A DNA stretch of 64,000 bases from Podarcis erhardii (GCA_964252035.1 OZ176217.1); one strand, 5' to 3'. Shown: positions 21,240-34,169, counted from the first letter of the stretch. The notes: generated from the sequence alone by a model not told the origin. Program-made: numbers and translations.

Positions 21240-24076
21240 CTTAGTTGGTCTTTAAGGTGCTACTGGAAGGAATTTGTTTTGTTCCCCCTCCTCAATCCTT
21301 GCAAAGGGTAAATTAGGTAGGTTGTTTAGATATGCACAGGGAAATGGTTTGGAGTCTGATATGACACAGTTCACAGACCAGTTTTTACTGTGTGCAAACT
21401 GCAGTCATATGACCTGCTGTGTGTATAGACTAGCTCCGAGAATTTCGAACCAGTGAGAATATTATGGGAATGCATTAGCTGGCACATGTTATATCCCTCC
21501 CACACCATAAGCCTTTTGCACAAATGAGATCAGATGCAATTACCAACACAACATCGCTGAGCGTTCAGTATTTCTCAGGTGAAAACAAGGTAATTTGTAC
21601 TTGTTTATCTAAAAGCTGCTCCTCGTGATAGGGAAAGATTTGGTAATGACAAGATGCTTGACAGCTGAAGTGCCCTGCTAAAAGAGTTGAATCGTTTGGT
21701 TGCATCCAACAGTGTTCCTACTCAGAATACTTCCACTGACATTAATAGACGTGAATAACTTAGGCCCATTACCTTCAGTGGGTTTGCACTGAGTAAAACT
21801 TAGCTATAACTTATTATCTTCAAAACATGCATCTGCTACCTCCTAGAAAGCTTTCATGTTTAGCTTCATAAAGATGTAGATGTTTGTTTTTATCATACTC
21901 AGTTATGGCTGTGATCCAAAGGCCTACCAGAGATAGCGAGAAATAGCAGGGCTTCTGATCCACCATTTCAATAGCAGCCAAGGAAGGTCATTGGGTCATT
22001 TGGACCTCTGATGGGCTCAGCTGCCAACTGCCCTTAATTCTCTAGACTGGACTTGTAAGCTTCCAGATCAATTTGTCTTGGACCTCTCATCCTGGCATTC
22101 ACCAGTGATGGCCAAACTTGGCCCTCCAGCTGTTTTGGGACTACAATTCCCATCATCCTTGACCACTGGTCCTGTTAGCTATGGATGATGGGAGTTGTAG
22201 TCCAAAAACAGCTGGAGGGCCAAGTTTGGCCTTCACTGATTGGTCCTTCTGTCTTCACAGATACATTGACTCCTCTGCCTATAGGCAGTTCTTGCAGCTA
22301 GTTTCCAATTTTGTGGTCTCTTGCCTAAGCAGAAAGCTAAGCAACCCCTGTTACTATTTAATCAAGTTGTTATTTGATTGAAATAAAAGGTATACTTGTG
22401 ATAAGAGATGAGAGAGAGATGTGATTCAGTTTGAAATAAAGGTGAACATACCTAATCCAAGCTTTCTGAAATATTAACAATTCGAATCGGTGATCCTTCA
22501 AAATTCACACTCCTCTGAATTTTTTCCAAAGCAGTTCTCCTATACAGAAAAGGCAAATTTTGCATATAAATGCACATATTAATGAAAATAATATTTTAAA
22601 TGCATTATATAAGGGGAAATTAAGCAAAACTACATTAAATGGGCACATTTAGCAGATGTTAAATAAATAAAAGCTAACTATTGTGGAAACATGGAGAACT
22701 GAATTTAGAATAGGAAAAAAAATGAGAAAGCAAAATGACATATTCAGCCATTCCCTATCTGTAATCTATTATTTGGAAACCCTGGTAATGAGAACCCCAG
22801 ATAGAATCACCTGGCTATTTGTCTCTCAGAGGTTCCATACTTGGGCCGTAGTAAACTGCAAGTCTCAGGTTTTTGCTTTTTTGTTCTTATTAATATTATT
22901 CATATTAATAAATTGCTCCCTGTGGATCATCTCAAAGTCATTATACAATACAACATATATGAAACAACTGCAAAAAATAAAAACAGGTTTTTTAAAAAAT
23001 TACATATATAAAGCCAAAGCCAACTAAAACTCGGAGTTTTAATTGGTTTTCAATGACACCATGTCTGTGTTAACCTTCGGTCCATTTCAGAATCTCTTGA
23101 GTTGTGCAGAAAATGAGAACTTGCCAGGAAAGAGTAAAATGCAGAAGTATTCTCAGTTGCTCTTCTTGACTAAAATAATCGGAAGATTCTGGAGAGAGAG
23201 AACCAGCCATGACAACTGAAACCTGCACAGAATTCCTCCAACAATAAGGCACACTGATCAGTTTAATATGGCAAAACCTCTCTTTTATCTGTCAGGGAGG
23301 AAGAAAACAGACACAGATAACTAGACGCAAATGCATAAGAAATCGTTCCCGTGGCAATGCAAAGGTTAGGCCACACACCACTTCCTTCTCTTTTGAAAGT
23401 ACAATTAAAGAAATAAATTAAGAATACAGCAACCCACATCTGACTACAATTTGACTCACAAATTATTACCTTTGCTGACTTGTCATTATACTTGGAGAAA
23501 TGTCAGGTGAAGAGGCCAAATGGGCCTAATGCTGTTTCAGTTCAGGGTTTAAAAGCAACATAAAATGTCAAAGTATGATGGGGAAATCCTGGGCTTTTTG
23601 CTACAAGTGCCTTGGTTTGAGGCTTAGTGGTATCAATATATGCCAAGCACAAAAGGTCTTCACATATATAGGCAGTGCTCCATCCGTTGGAACTTGTGGT
23701 TACAGAAATGTTTTTTCTTATTATGCTTCTGTTTATCCTCAGTTTCTCTAATTTTCTCCAGAAACTTCAGTCCCTCTTCGTTCTCCTCCTCTATTTAAAT
23801 GTGAATTGTCATCTTCTTGGGGCAGGGAACTCTCTCTTTTTTTTGGCTTAAGGCATTGTGTAAAATGCCGTGTAAGAAAAAGAAAATGACAAAAAATATT
23901 TCACCCTAAGCAGAACTAACTTGTGTTTGCATTTACGCCAAGAAATGCCCAGCCATCACTCATACAGGTGCATGAATAAGAATAAATACATAAATAGCCA
24001 GGCAAAGAAGTGCCTGTGCAATATATTTATATTACAATTTGTCACATGCTTCAGCACAACAATTAGGGAGGGTGTA

Positions 24077-24286
24077 CAGTGGTACCTTGGGTTACAGGCT
24101 CCGCTAACCCAGAAATAGTACCTCTGGTTAAGAACTTTGCTTCAGGTTGAGGACAGAAATTGTGCTCCAGCAGCACAGCAGCAGCGGGAGGCCCCATTAG
24201 CTAAAGTGGTGCTTCGGGTTAAGAACAGTTTCAGGTTAAGAACGGACCTCCGGAACGAATTAAGTACTTAACCTGAGGTACCACTG
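24077..24286. mobile_element. Tigger-like MITE
   Basis: TA-CAGTGGTACC ... GAGGTACCACTG-TA; colinear with 10039-10264. Confidence 0.88.
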
Positions 24287-25779
24287 TATAATCCATAGAA
24301 TATTGGTGTGGGGGAATTTGATAGTAGGAATGAAATCCAGAAATACTACTCCCTTTGTTTAAATGCTCTCCATTGCCTTGAATTCAATGAGTGCTTGCAC
24401 TGGGTTGAGGTACCACTGTAATATATTTATTTTTGAGTCACATCACATATCACATTTGTAGGTGTATATCCAAGCTGTTTTAAAAGGTACATCTTAAAAA
24501 AGTGTGAGTCTCACACACAAACTTGCAATCACAGACCCTCCAAGTGTCCCTATTTCCCAGGGACACCCCTGATTTAGAGAAGACATCCTGGCTTCTGATT
24601 TGATCCTGGAATATCCCACTTTTCCTTAGGATGTCCCTATTTTCATTGGAGAGATGTTGGAGGGTATGGAGTTATCCGACCCCCAAGCCATCTGAAGGTA
24701 ATCCTGTATAGAGGAGTTGTTTAATGTTTAATGTTGGAAGCTGCCCAGAGTAGCTGGGGCAACCCAGTAAGATGTGTGGGGTATAAATAGTAAAATTATC
24801 ATTATGGAATGGGACGCCCCTATTTTCATGGGAGAAATGTTAGAGGGTATGCAATCACTTTGATTAAACAAGTAATTATTTGTGATTGACTGCAGTTTCC
24901 TGTTGTCAGCACTCTCGTTTGGCAGACCTGGGCTTCTGTTTAATGTGTGAAATTGTGCTTCGACTGGGTGCTGCATTGCTTCAACATGGAGAGAAGGAAC
25001 ACACAAAGAGAAAACCTTTGCAAAGCCCTCCCTCTCACTCACTCAATTCCCAATGGTCAGTGGCGTAGAGATTTTCCACTGTCCGACCTTGTCTAAGTCC
25101 CAATCTCTTTATTTATTTTGCATTCATCACAGCAGACAAGTCTTGGAAAGCTCTTATGATATGATCATTTTTCATTGTTTGCAGTAATAAACGGCAAAAT
25201 ATTAATCTGGTCATAAGATAAATATTTTTGAAGGGTCTCAGCTGAGCTTCTAAAAGGACCTCCACGTTTAATGAAAATGTTCTTGAACAGCACCATGTGT
25301 TCGGTTTTAACTGCCTTGTCTGCTCGACCCGAAACCTGGGACATTTTGTGTAAGCGGCCCCCTCCCCGTTTTTCCTGATGACAATCATCAGATGCAACCA
25401 AGGCCGCTAGGGAGGGACACGTGCTAACCTTCTCTAAACACAGGGAGTTGGATTCCATATTACATTTGTTTAACCTCTGGCATTCAATGACATGCTCATT
25501 TGGCTGAGCAAAGCATGGAATCTTCAGAGATAGAACTGGCCCTTCTTTGGGCTAACAGTGACCTTCATGTGGCATGTCTCTATGTAGGAGTGGATGATTT
25601 TTGCCAATTTTCCCAGCTGTGCTGCATTTGATATGGTCAGCACAGTGGGAGGGTACAAGCAATCCTACTTCTTCACCACTACAGGCATAGAGGAGCAGAT
25701 TTTATAAAACATATAATCCAAGTCACTGCCCAATTCCATTGTCAAATTGGGACAATTATCAGTTACTTCCCAACATTTA

Positions 25780-26135
25780 GGGACGCAGGTGGCGCTGTGG
25801 GTTAAACTACAGAGCCTAGGACTTGCCGATCAGAAGGTCGGCGGTTCGAATCCCTGCGACGGGGTGAGCTCCTGTTGCTCGGTCCCTGCTCCTGCCAACC
25901 TAGCAGTTCGAAAGCACATCAAAGTGCAAGTAGATAAATAGGTACCGCTCCAGCAGGAAGGTAAACGGCATTTCCGTGCACTGCTCTGGTTCGCCAGAAG
26001 TGGCTTAATCATGCTGGCCACATGACCCAGAAGCTGTACACTGGCTCCCTCGGCCAATAAAGCGAGATGAGCGCCGCAACCCCAGAGTCGGCCATGACTG
26101 GACCTAATGGTCAGGGGTCCCTTTACTTTTACCTT
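25780..26135 (+). mobile_element. Sauria/Squam1-type SINE
   Basis: Colinear with 1705-2055; TSD TTCCCA(A/T)CATTTA. Confidence 0.92.
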
Positions 26136-26714
26136 TTCCCATCATTTATTAAGGATTTTGCCACACCAGAGCAAAATGTGGATTTGCACCAGCCTCCCTC
26201 CTCATTAATGCGCAGGAATCCACAAGACTTCCTCCCCATCCCAGTGTTGTCCAGGGCCACCCTGAGATGGTGTCTACTTTTTGCTCCAGTGAGGACAGGC
26301 CTAAAGACACCTGAAACTAGTGTTGTGCACAAACGGGCTCTCAAAATTTTCCACTTTTATTTTTTGGGCAAAGGAACTGAGGGTGGGGAGAAGGAATCAT
26401 TTCATCCAACTTCTCCAGGGAGGTGATAAATTCTCCAGCAGCTTCTCAGGGGTGGGGTTTACCATTAGCAGTTACAGTAGAACAGCTTCTTTCTTTTCCA
26501 CAAAGGTCCCAACTGTGCTTGTAGTCTGGCCGCCATTTTGCAACTTCCACAATGCCTCTGACCTAGAGTCATTCCAGGGCATTCAAATGTGGTGTGAGGA
26601 GAAGAATGACTTGTAAAAATGGATTAGGAATATTTGGAGATACATCTGCAAAGTTGTCATCTTTTTGATGGAGGCTTGAGAAAAAGAAAAGCATGTCAGA
26701 ATCTTATTTATATA

Positions 26715-26931
26715 CAGTGGTACCTTGGGTTTCAAACACCTTGGGTTACAAACACCTCGGGTTACAGACTCCACTAACCCAGAAGTAATACCTCGGGTTA
26801 AGAACCTTACCTCAGGATGAGAACAGAAATTGTGTGGTGGTGCTAGCAGGAGGCCCCATTAGCTAAAGTGGTACCTCAGGTTAAGAACGGACCTCCAGAA
26901 CGAATTAAGTTCATAACCAGAGGTACCACTG
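26715..26931. mobile_element. Tigger-like MITE
   Basis: TA-CAGTGGTACC ... GAGGTACCACTG-TA; colinear with 10039-10264. Confidence 0.88.
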
Positions 26932-27596
26932 TATTTTCAAGCATGATGCCTCTTAAGAGATTCTAGCTCAGCTTTACCTAGCATCTCATTGTGAGAAACC
27001 ATTATTATTTTCACTCTCCAGGAAATGTTCAAGAAGCCAAAGGAAGGCACCTGTTGCAACCAGATGCTACGCCACTGACTAGGCTCTTGCATCATTGATA
27101 CATAAACTCACCAAACAGGCTTTTGACATTATTCATGATGCATTTCTGAAGGTGTTATAATTTTATTTTATTTTATTTGAATAATAATAATCTAGAAGTA
27201 TAAAATGGTTCCAGAAGCACTGCCAATGGCAGGAATGGCAGAAACCAGGAACAGGCAATCTCTGAGAGCTGCTCTCCTCCCCCACCCCAAATTATTTTTA
27301 TTAAATTATTACAAATCAAACAAAATTAATTTAATACAATTTCTTAAAATCAGATTTCATGTTCCTGTTGCAAGCATATGTTGATCATTTCCTCCATAGC
27401 CGCATCATCTCTTATTTAATATCCAGTTATCATTCTTCACTTGCTGTTAGTCCATCTGAGAGCTGCTCTCTTTTCCAGTGGGCAGGCATATATTTTGCCA
27501 CTCATTCAAAACCCTTCTCTATGGTCAGGCTATTTAATAAAGTCTACGCTAACCAGTTGTAAAATTCTTACTAGTCTGGAGCACTTGCATTTAAGT

Positions 27597-27900
27597 CAGG
27601 GCCAGATTTAGGTTTGATGAGGCCCTAAGCTACTGAAGGTAATGGAGACCTTTATATGCCCAGCTGTCCTTTGTCAACAACAAATTGTCACTGTTTTTTG
27701 TGCTGAATGTATGCTAAATGGTAATTTATGGACATAATAGGTATCTAAAGCCATTTGCACATAACAAAATATGTATTTTACCAGTGATATTTTAGGGAGC
27801 AGGCTAGCAGGCGGGGCCCATTATTTACATCATAGTGTTGGCTTCTGTTTTGTCTTCCCTCCACAACACAAAACACTCTATGTAGGTTTTATTTTATTGG
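27597..27900. mobile_element. hAT-like non-autonomous element fragment (one end)
   Basis: Begins CAGGGCCAGATTTAGG; internal sequence shared with 54061-54428. Confidence 0.6.
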
Positions 27901-28271
27901 CAAAGGAGTGGGAGGAGCAGGGGCGTGCGGTCAGTGAACTAAGGGGACTAGGTTTATCCTCTAAATGTTCCTGGTAAAGTAGAGTAATATTATTTATTTT
28001 TTACATATAAACAGAATATAACTTTAATTTTAAAACCGAACATTCTGCTTTATACAAGCAGCCCTCTTCTAAAGTATCTCCAAACTTGAACTCAAACATC
28101 CATGTGCAAGAATAATCAATTTGAAAGAATACAGATACGTGCTCAAAGGCATATCACACTTGTTCCATGATCATCAGAAGGGAATCTGGGTTTGTTGCTT
28201 CAGTTCTAAAAACAGAAACTTCTTTTTCAAACCAAGACAAAACCTCTTGGCAGTTGCCACCTCAACACTGT

Positions 28272-29006
28272 TCACAAATAGAAAAGTTTGTCGGCGAGTG
28301 CCAGGCTAGGCTCTCTGTGGATGCTCTGGCCCACCAAGAAAGTCAGCATGCTGGCATACTGGCATGGTGCTGGCACCCTGATTAGGCCAGGCCAGTTGTA
28401 GTACAGGTGGCACATCTTATACGTAAGATGCTGCATGTCTTCTGGCTTGAATCTATCATAAACCACATTGTAGTATGTGGGATTGACAGTGCCCTGGTGA
28501 GCAAGTTGGCTACTTAAGAAGAAGTTGTACCATTCAGGTCGAGTAGCCTCTGTGTCAATAACTGTCCCAATGGGAGGGTTTTGTAGGTTTCTGTTGGTCT
28601 CGAAGAAACGATGAAGGGATTTCTTCCTGACCACAACCACCTATAGTTTGGCTTTTCTGAAGCCACCATTGCACTCATCGGGGGCACTTAGTATCTGTGG
28701 GACTTCAAAGTTCACCACCACCTTCAACTGTCCATCTCCAGTGCTGTCACGGTACGCTATTATGTGTGCAGGCAGCTGCCCATTACATGCTTGCAATTTA
28801 CTTACAGAATCTTTCATGCAGACCTTTAAACAAACTACGATGTTTGATCCTGAATTTTTCAGTGTGCAACGAGAATACCACCTAGTCAGTTGGAAATTAG
28901 AGCTGGCCACAAACCCAATGGTCAAAGCATCTTTGTTGACACCAATGCCGATGACCATGACAGATTTCAGTGGTATCTCAACTGCTCACAGTGCCCCTCC
29001 AAGCTT
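28272..29006 (-). pseudogene. PIWIL4: Processed (intronless), 5'-truncated PIWI-domain pseudogene, PIWIL4-like
   Basis: One frame reads [150 protein letters not shown] and LFYL favour PIWIL4 over PIWIL1. No introns across ~245 codons; two in-frame stops. Confidence 0.92.
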
Positions 29007-31194
29007 AAACTATTAAAGCCTGGCACCTGCTTCCCAACACTTCTGCCCACCTTATGGAGGCGGCACGATGCTCCGACAGGGTCCAAGAGCCCTCCTTCCC
29101 AAAGCCCACCTGGCTTTGGGAAGCAGGAAGCAGGCCTGGTGCTTCTTCCCCAAAGCCTGGGAAACTTCTGCTCAGGTTAGGCAATGGAGAAGAAAGCAAT
29201 AGGAAGGTAAAGGGAAATGACTGGTGTGCATCACTGAACACTCTTGCAGTGAAAAGAGCAACTCAGACTGCAAAACAAATGAGCAACAGAAAATATGAAA
29301 TGCTGGGATGCGATAAATACAAATTATTATCAAACAGCTCCTTCCAGAATTTATATGAAACACAGATGCATTCAGCATTTCCTCTGGGTATTTCCACTCC
29401 CGCGTTAAGCACTGGGCTTAATCCAACCTGCCTCCCCTTTGTACCTGTTGCAATCAAACCACAAAGTAGCAGGCAAAGCCTATTAGGCAGCTTCAAACAG
29501 CAGTCAGGGAGGACTTATCAGCTTCTGTGTAATGATAGTCTGGCAGTATTGTATTCCAAACTTCTCAATGAACCATGACACCAAAACATAAACAAGGTCA
29601 AACAATCGGTTTAAGCTCTTTGCGCAGTGATGCAGCAATGCATCCTTCCCTGAAATGGCTGGTATCCATATTCTAGCTTAGGGGTTGCCAACACGGTGCT
29701 CATGGGCTCCAGGTTGGTGGCTCCTGCAAATTTTGTGGAGAGGTGAAAGAATATGTTTTTTTTTTAAAAAAAAAAAAAACACCACAGCAACTGTGCAAAC
29801 TTCCTTCACCTAGAAGCTGCCCAGAGTGACTAGGGAAACCCAGCCAGATGAGAGGTGTATAATTTGTTGTTGTTGAATAGGATGTCCCTATTTTCATTGG
29901 AGAAATGTGGGAGGGTGTGCCATCTTGATTTGAATCAAGTGTGCAGGAGCTTTCCCCAATTCCCCAATTAACATGCATTGGCAATGGTTACATGTAACCC
30001 CAAGCAGGAGGTTCCCTTGTTGTTTCAAACACAAGGTAACAGGGGGCAGTTGACAGGCATATGCTACCCTGCAGCCTGATTCTTAATATGCAGTTAACTT
30101 TACATCTGCACAGGCCACAATCTCCCTGGAAGCAATGTAGGAAGTTTCTTCTTCCCTTGAGGCAGAACATTCTGCTAAGAGGAACCACCGAGTTAAAGCT
30201 ACGGCTGTCAGGAGGCATGGCCACAATATTTTCCATCTGCCTCATCTGTAAGCAACTGTCCTTAAAACAAAAAAGGAAACAAACAGATTTATAGAGGACT
30301 AATAAAAACGATTGCATTATGCATTCTCTCACTCCATCTTGAATCAGCAGTTCCAGAAGGTCCTCTGGGAGGAGAGTAAATAACAGCATACTCACAATGT
30401 TCCTTTTTCTCTCTCCCTGAGCTTGGCAAAACCAATGCATATAAACACAAATTAGAAGGGAAACAGAAAACAAATCTAATGCATGGTAGCCAGGCAAACT
30501 CTGGTGTGGAATGATAGCCTGAAGTGTGACAGCAACAGATGCACATTTAGACATCTGTGGTGAGGATCATCTGCGTACTTATCACCCCGTTACGTGCTTG
30601 TGCAAATGTACAAATGCAGAGAACATGATACAAACTCTACTAAACACATCTACTTGAAATGCATTATTTTTCTGGTTGTTTTTGGTGCAGTGTGTGCTTT
30701 TGCTGATGAGACTGAATTAAGTATCTCATGATACATGACGCCTGTGAACACAGAAGAAAAATGCACCCACTTTAAGCCTGTGAATAAATGTGAAGAGGGT
30801 GAATAATCTGCTTCAACAACAATTAGACTTGGAATCAACAGGTACCTCTCAGAAATTCGTTGTTCAGTGTCTCCCAAGATATTATAATTCAGACCTGCAC
30901 ACCTTGTGGCGTACCAAACTGACCAAACAGGTTCCTAGAGTCCTCCTACCTCCTTCCCAAAGCCTAATTAGTCTTTTCCCAGCTTTGGGAAGGAAATGGG
31001 ATATAGACCCTGTCAGCAGGTGACTGTAATCTGTTGAGAACTACCTGGACAAGAGCTTTCCCCACAGTACTCAGAAGGGAAATTCCATGGTAGTTGTTAC
31101 AGTAAGATCTTTAGATATCTAAAGAACATTATCACTCCCCACACTTCCTTCCCTTTTGCAGACCAAATATGCTCAATACTTTAAACTGTCCCTG

Positions 31195-31635
31195 ATTACA
31201 GATGGGTGAATCTGTCAGTTCTGCTTTCCCCCAGTTTCATATTTTTCCAAACTTAAGTTCAGTCTTCTACATTTCCACGTGAATTTGAGATTTCCTTTTT
31301 TAAAGCCCTCATTAAAAACCACCAGCATCTTAATGCAAATTTCTGCTGATATACACATTTGTATGCCATTTTGTATCGAATAGACTTTTCCCCTGTTTTA
31401 TTGAAAATAATGCACCTTGTATGTTATTTTCACTAGTATTGACATTTTTAATTGATATTTTACTCCAGAATATGCATTTTTGTACACATCACTTGACTTT
31501 AGAACTCTACTGCAAAATTCAGAAAAGTGTGAATTTCAATGGATGGCTGTGTTTCAGTTCTTGAGCTGTTTTAAAAAGTTTGAGTTAGTTCAGTTCACCT
31601 TTAGATGTGAACTGAATTGAATTTCTCCTGTCTCC
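31195..31635. repeat. Unclassified AT-rich interspersed repeat (related copies ~22400-22700 and ~56530-56940)
   Basis: Shared motifs such as GATTCAGTTTG, AATGCAAATTTCT and AATATGCATTTT among the three loci, in both orientations. Confidence 0.5.
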
Positions 31636-32561
31636 ATATTCCTTATCAACGTAAATCATAACTGACAGTGTGCTGCCTTTGGATTCTTTGAAAATCCAAG
31701 ACATAGACATCTTAAAATACCACAATTATGATCCTGGAAAACACCTACATAACTGTGACCTCAACAAACAACAACTACTTATTTATAATCCAAGACACAA
31801 CAAGCCTGCAGTTAAATACCATCCGTCTCATTGTTAAGATGCTCAGAACACTATTAAATTGAGATGCTAGCTAGAGGCTTGCATTAGTGTTTAGATTAGA
31901 AGGGGGGGAATAATAAGCGTCAGGATAATTACTGCCTATAATAATAGAAGTGGAACCTGAATCTTAATCGCTATGGCATGACTCACTGACAAAGCATCCA
32001 CACAAGCCCACAATCAGCAAAATAAAGACATTAATTAGTTATTGGCCCACTACAGTTAATCTTGTGGTTCTTTTGAAAAATGATTGGATTTTAAAATTCC
32101 AGGAGTGTCTTGGCAGATGCAAGTCAGCAATGCTTCAGTGAGATCCTTTTGTTTTATATTTACCAAAGATCTTGGCTCTGTTTAATTAAGAAGAACAAAG
32201 AAGTGAGAAGGGAATCATACTGGGATTCAAGATGCCATCTGTTTGTAAAATAGCTGAGAGTAGAGTTGTTTTCCCGGTTTAGAACTGCATTTGTGAACTG
32301 GCAAATATATATATAGAGAGAGAGAGAGTTCTACTCATTCAACGCATTCTGTTTAAAGCTGGTTTATGCACACTGTAAATTAATTCATGTGGTTTTAAAC
32401 CGATCAGAAGGATGGCATCCACTGTTAACCACTATTACGGAGTCTACAGTAAAGTGAAACAAATATTATTGTGGTGGCGAAGTTTTACAACTGGGATATT
32501 TGTCAATGGAAGGAAATGCTAAAAAATGAAAATCTGATAGATTTTAGCATCGACCCTATCT

Positions 32562-33157
32562 GCCTGTGGACTGTCTCGCCAGAGTGGTGCATGCTCTGGT
32601 TATCTCCCGCTTGGTCTACTGCAATGCGCTCTATGTGGGGCTACCTTTGAAGGCGACCCAGAAACTACAACTAATCCAGAATGCGGCAGCTAGACTGCTG
32701 ACTGGGAGCGGCTGCTGAGACCACATAACACCAGTCTTGAAAGACCTACACTGGCTCCCGGTATGTTTCCGAGCACAATTCAAAGTGTTGGTGCTGACCT
32801 TTAAAGCCCTAACAACCTCAAAGGCCCGTAGACCTGAAGGAGCATCTCTACCCCCATCGTTCTGCCCGGACACTGAGGTCCAGTGCCAAGGGCCTTCTGG
32901 CGGTTCCCTCAATGCGAGAAGCCAAGTTACAGGGAACCAGGCAGAGGGCCTTCACGGTAGTGGCACCCGCCCTGTGGAATGCCCTCCCACCAGATGTCAA
33001 AGAGAAAAACAACTACCAGACTTTTAGAAGACATCTGAAGGCAGCCCTGTTTAGGGAAGCTTTCAATGTTTAACAGACTATTTTATTTTAATATTCTGTT
33101 GGAAGCCACCATGAGTGGCTGGGGAAACCCAGCCAGATGGGCAGGGTATAGATAATA

Positions 33158-33201
<44 letters not shown>
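32562..33201 (+). mobile_element. L2-clade LINE 3' end (ORF2 C-terminus, 3' UTR, (TAA)n tail)
   Basis: HALVISRL.YCNALYVGLP..QKLQLIQNAAARLL..HITPVLKDLHWLPVCFRAQFKVL; (TAA)n 33153-33201. Confidence 0.88.
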
Positions 33202-33202
<1 letters not shown>

Positions 33203-33909
33203 TTGGAAGTATTCCAATCAGACTAGGAAGTGAATAAGCAGCCAAGAGGGTGAGTGGGAATAGACTGTCAGAAGGCCAAAAATACCTGTTATATCAGATA
33301 ATCTGAAATATTATTATTATTAATCAATCACCTTCTACACAATCATCTCAAAGCAATGTATAATAAATTATGATAAATGTTAGATATGTTTAAAACCAAA
33401 TTAATACAAATACATAATAAATATTCACAGAAATACAAAATAAGCACCTATTTGTCCTGCTGGGAAAACCTATCAGAACAAAACTGTCTTCAGTTGTTTT
33501 TGGAAACTGCAGCTAATGGGTGCCTGTTGTGTATTGGCAGGAATGCTGTACCACAGAACAGGGGCAACCACATGAAAAGCCCTGCTCCAAGTGACTGCAG
33601 AGTGGGTTTCTCAGATCAGCTGTGGCCATGAATCCCTCATTGTGCATCAGCGCCCAACTAAACTGGATAGCTGAGGTTTGTGTGGTCTTAGGCCTAAGCA
33701 ATGCATTCACTGCACAATCAGAAACTTTATTGGACTAAGGGAGCAATCCTAAGTATGGGAAGCCAGCATAATTTTCCCCAGTTTAAGTTAAGGAACCATA
33801 AGGTATGTCAGATCCAAATTCTGTTCAAGAGCAGAGCTAAAGCAGACTGAGATACCCTAAGCCAGCAGAGAGAAAACAATAGAGTTCGACACCACCCTAA
33901 GTTCCACAA

Positions 33910-34169
33910 GACGCGGGTGGCGCTGTGGGTTAAATCACAAAGCCTAGGGCTTGTTGATCAGAAGGTTGGCAGTTCGACTCCCCGCGACGGGGTGAGCTCC
34001 CATTGCTCGGTCCCTGCTCCTGCCAACCCAGCAGTTCGAAAGCACGTCAAAGTGCAAGTAGATAAATAGGTACCATTGTGGCAGGAAGGTAAAAAAGCAA
34101 GATGAGCGCCGCAACCCCAGAGTCGGTCACGACTGGACCTAATGGTCAGGGGTCCCTTTACCTTTACCT
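33910..34169 (+). mobile_element. Sauria/Squam1-type SINE with internal deletion
   Basis: Head and tail conserved, middle portion missing; TSD TAAGTTCCACAAG. Confidence 0.9.

Larger units (their letters stand above)
18728..21282. mobile_element. Penelope-like element (Neptune-type), 5'-truncated, inserted as a head-to-head inverted duplication (~1.25-kb arms)
   Basis: 18774-20037 is the reverse complement of 20042-21283 apart from two right-arm deletions (12 and 10 bp) and at least 2 substitutions. TCCCCCTCCTCA flanks both ends (18716-18727 and 21283-21294) as a TSD. Encodes the RT C-terminus (FLDT..TTLYRKPTDRQTYLHASSYHP), a Cys-rich linker and GIY-YIG. Confidence 0.96.

Noticed and set aside
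18728-29006. Idea that the PIWI fragment and the GIY-YIG ORF form a coupled Argonaute-nuclease protein system
   Set aside because: The PIWI copy has two stops, lacks PAZ and most of MID, and is 7 kb away; the two are independent retroposition events of different age.
29054-29578. 174-aa ORF adjoining the PIWI retrocopy
   Set aside because: Opposite strand, no PIWI/MID similarity, begins in GC-rich repeat-like sequence.
29988-30554. 188-aa minus-strand ORF with internal splice-like sites
   Set aside because: No recognisable domain, low-information composition; the candidate exons inside it create a stop when joined to the next candidates.
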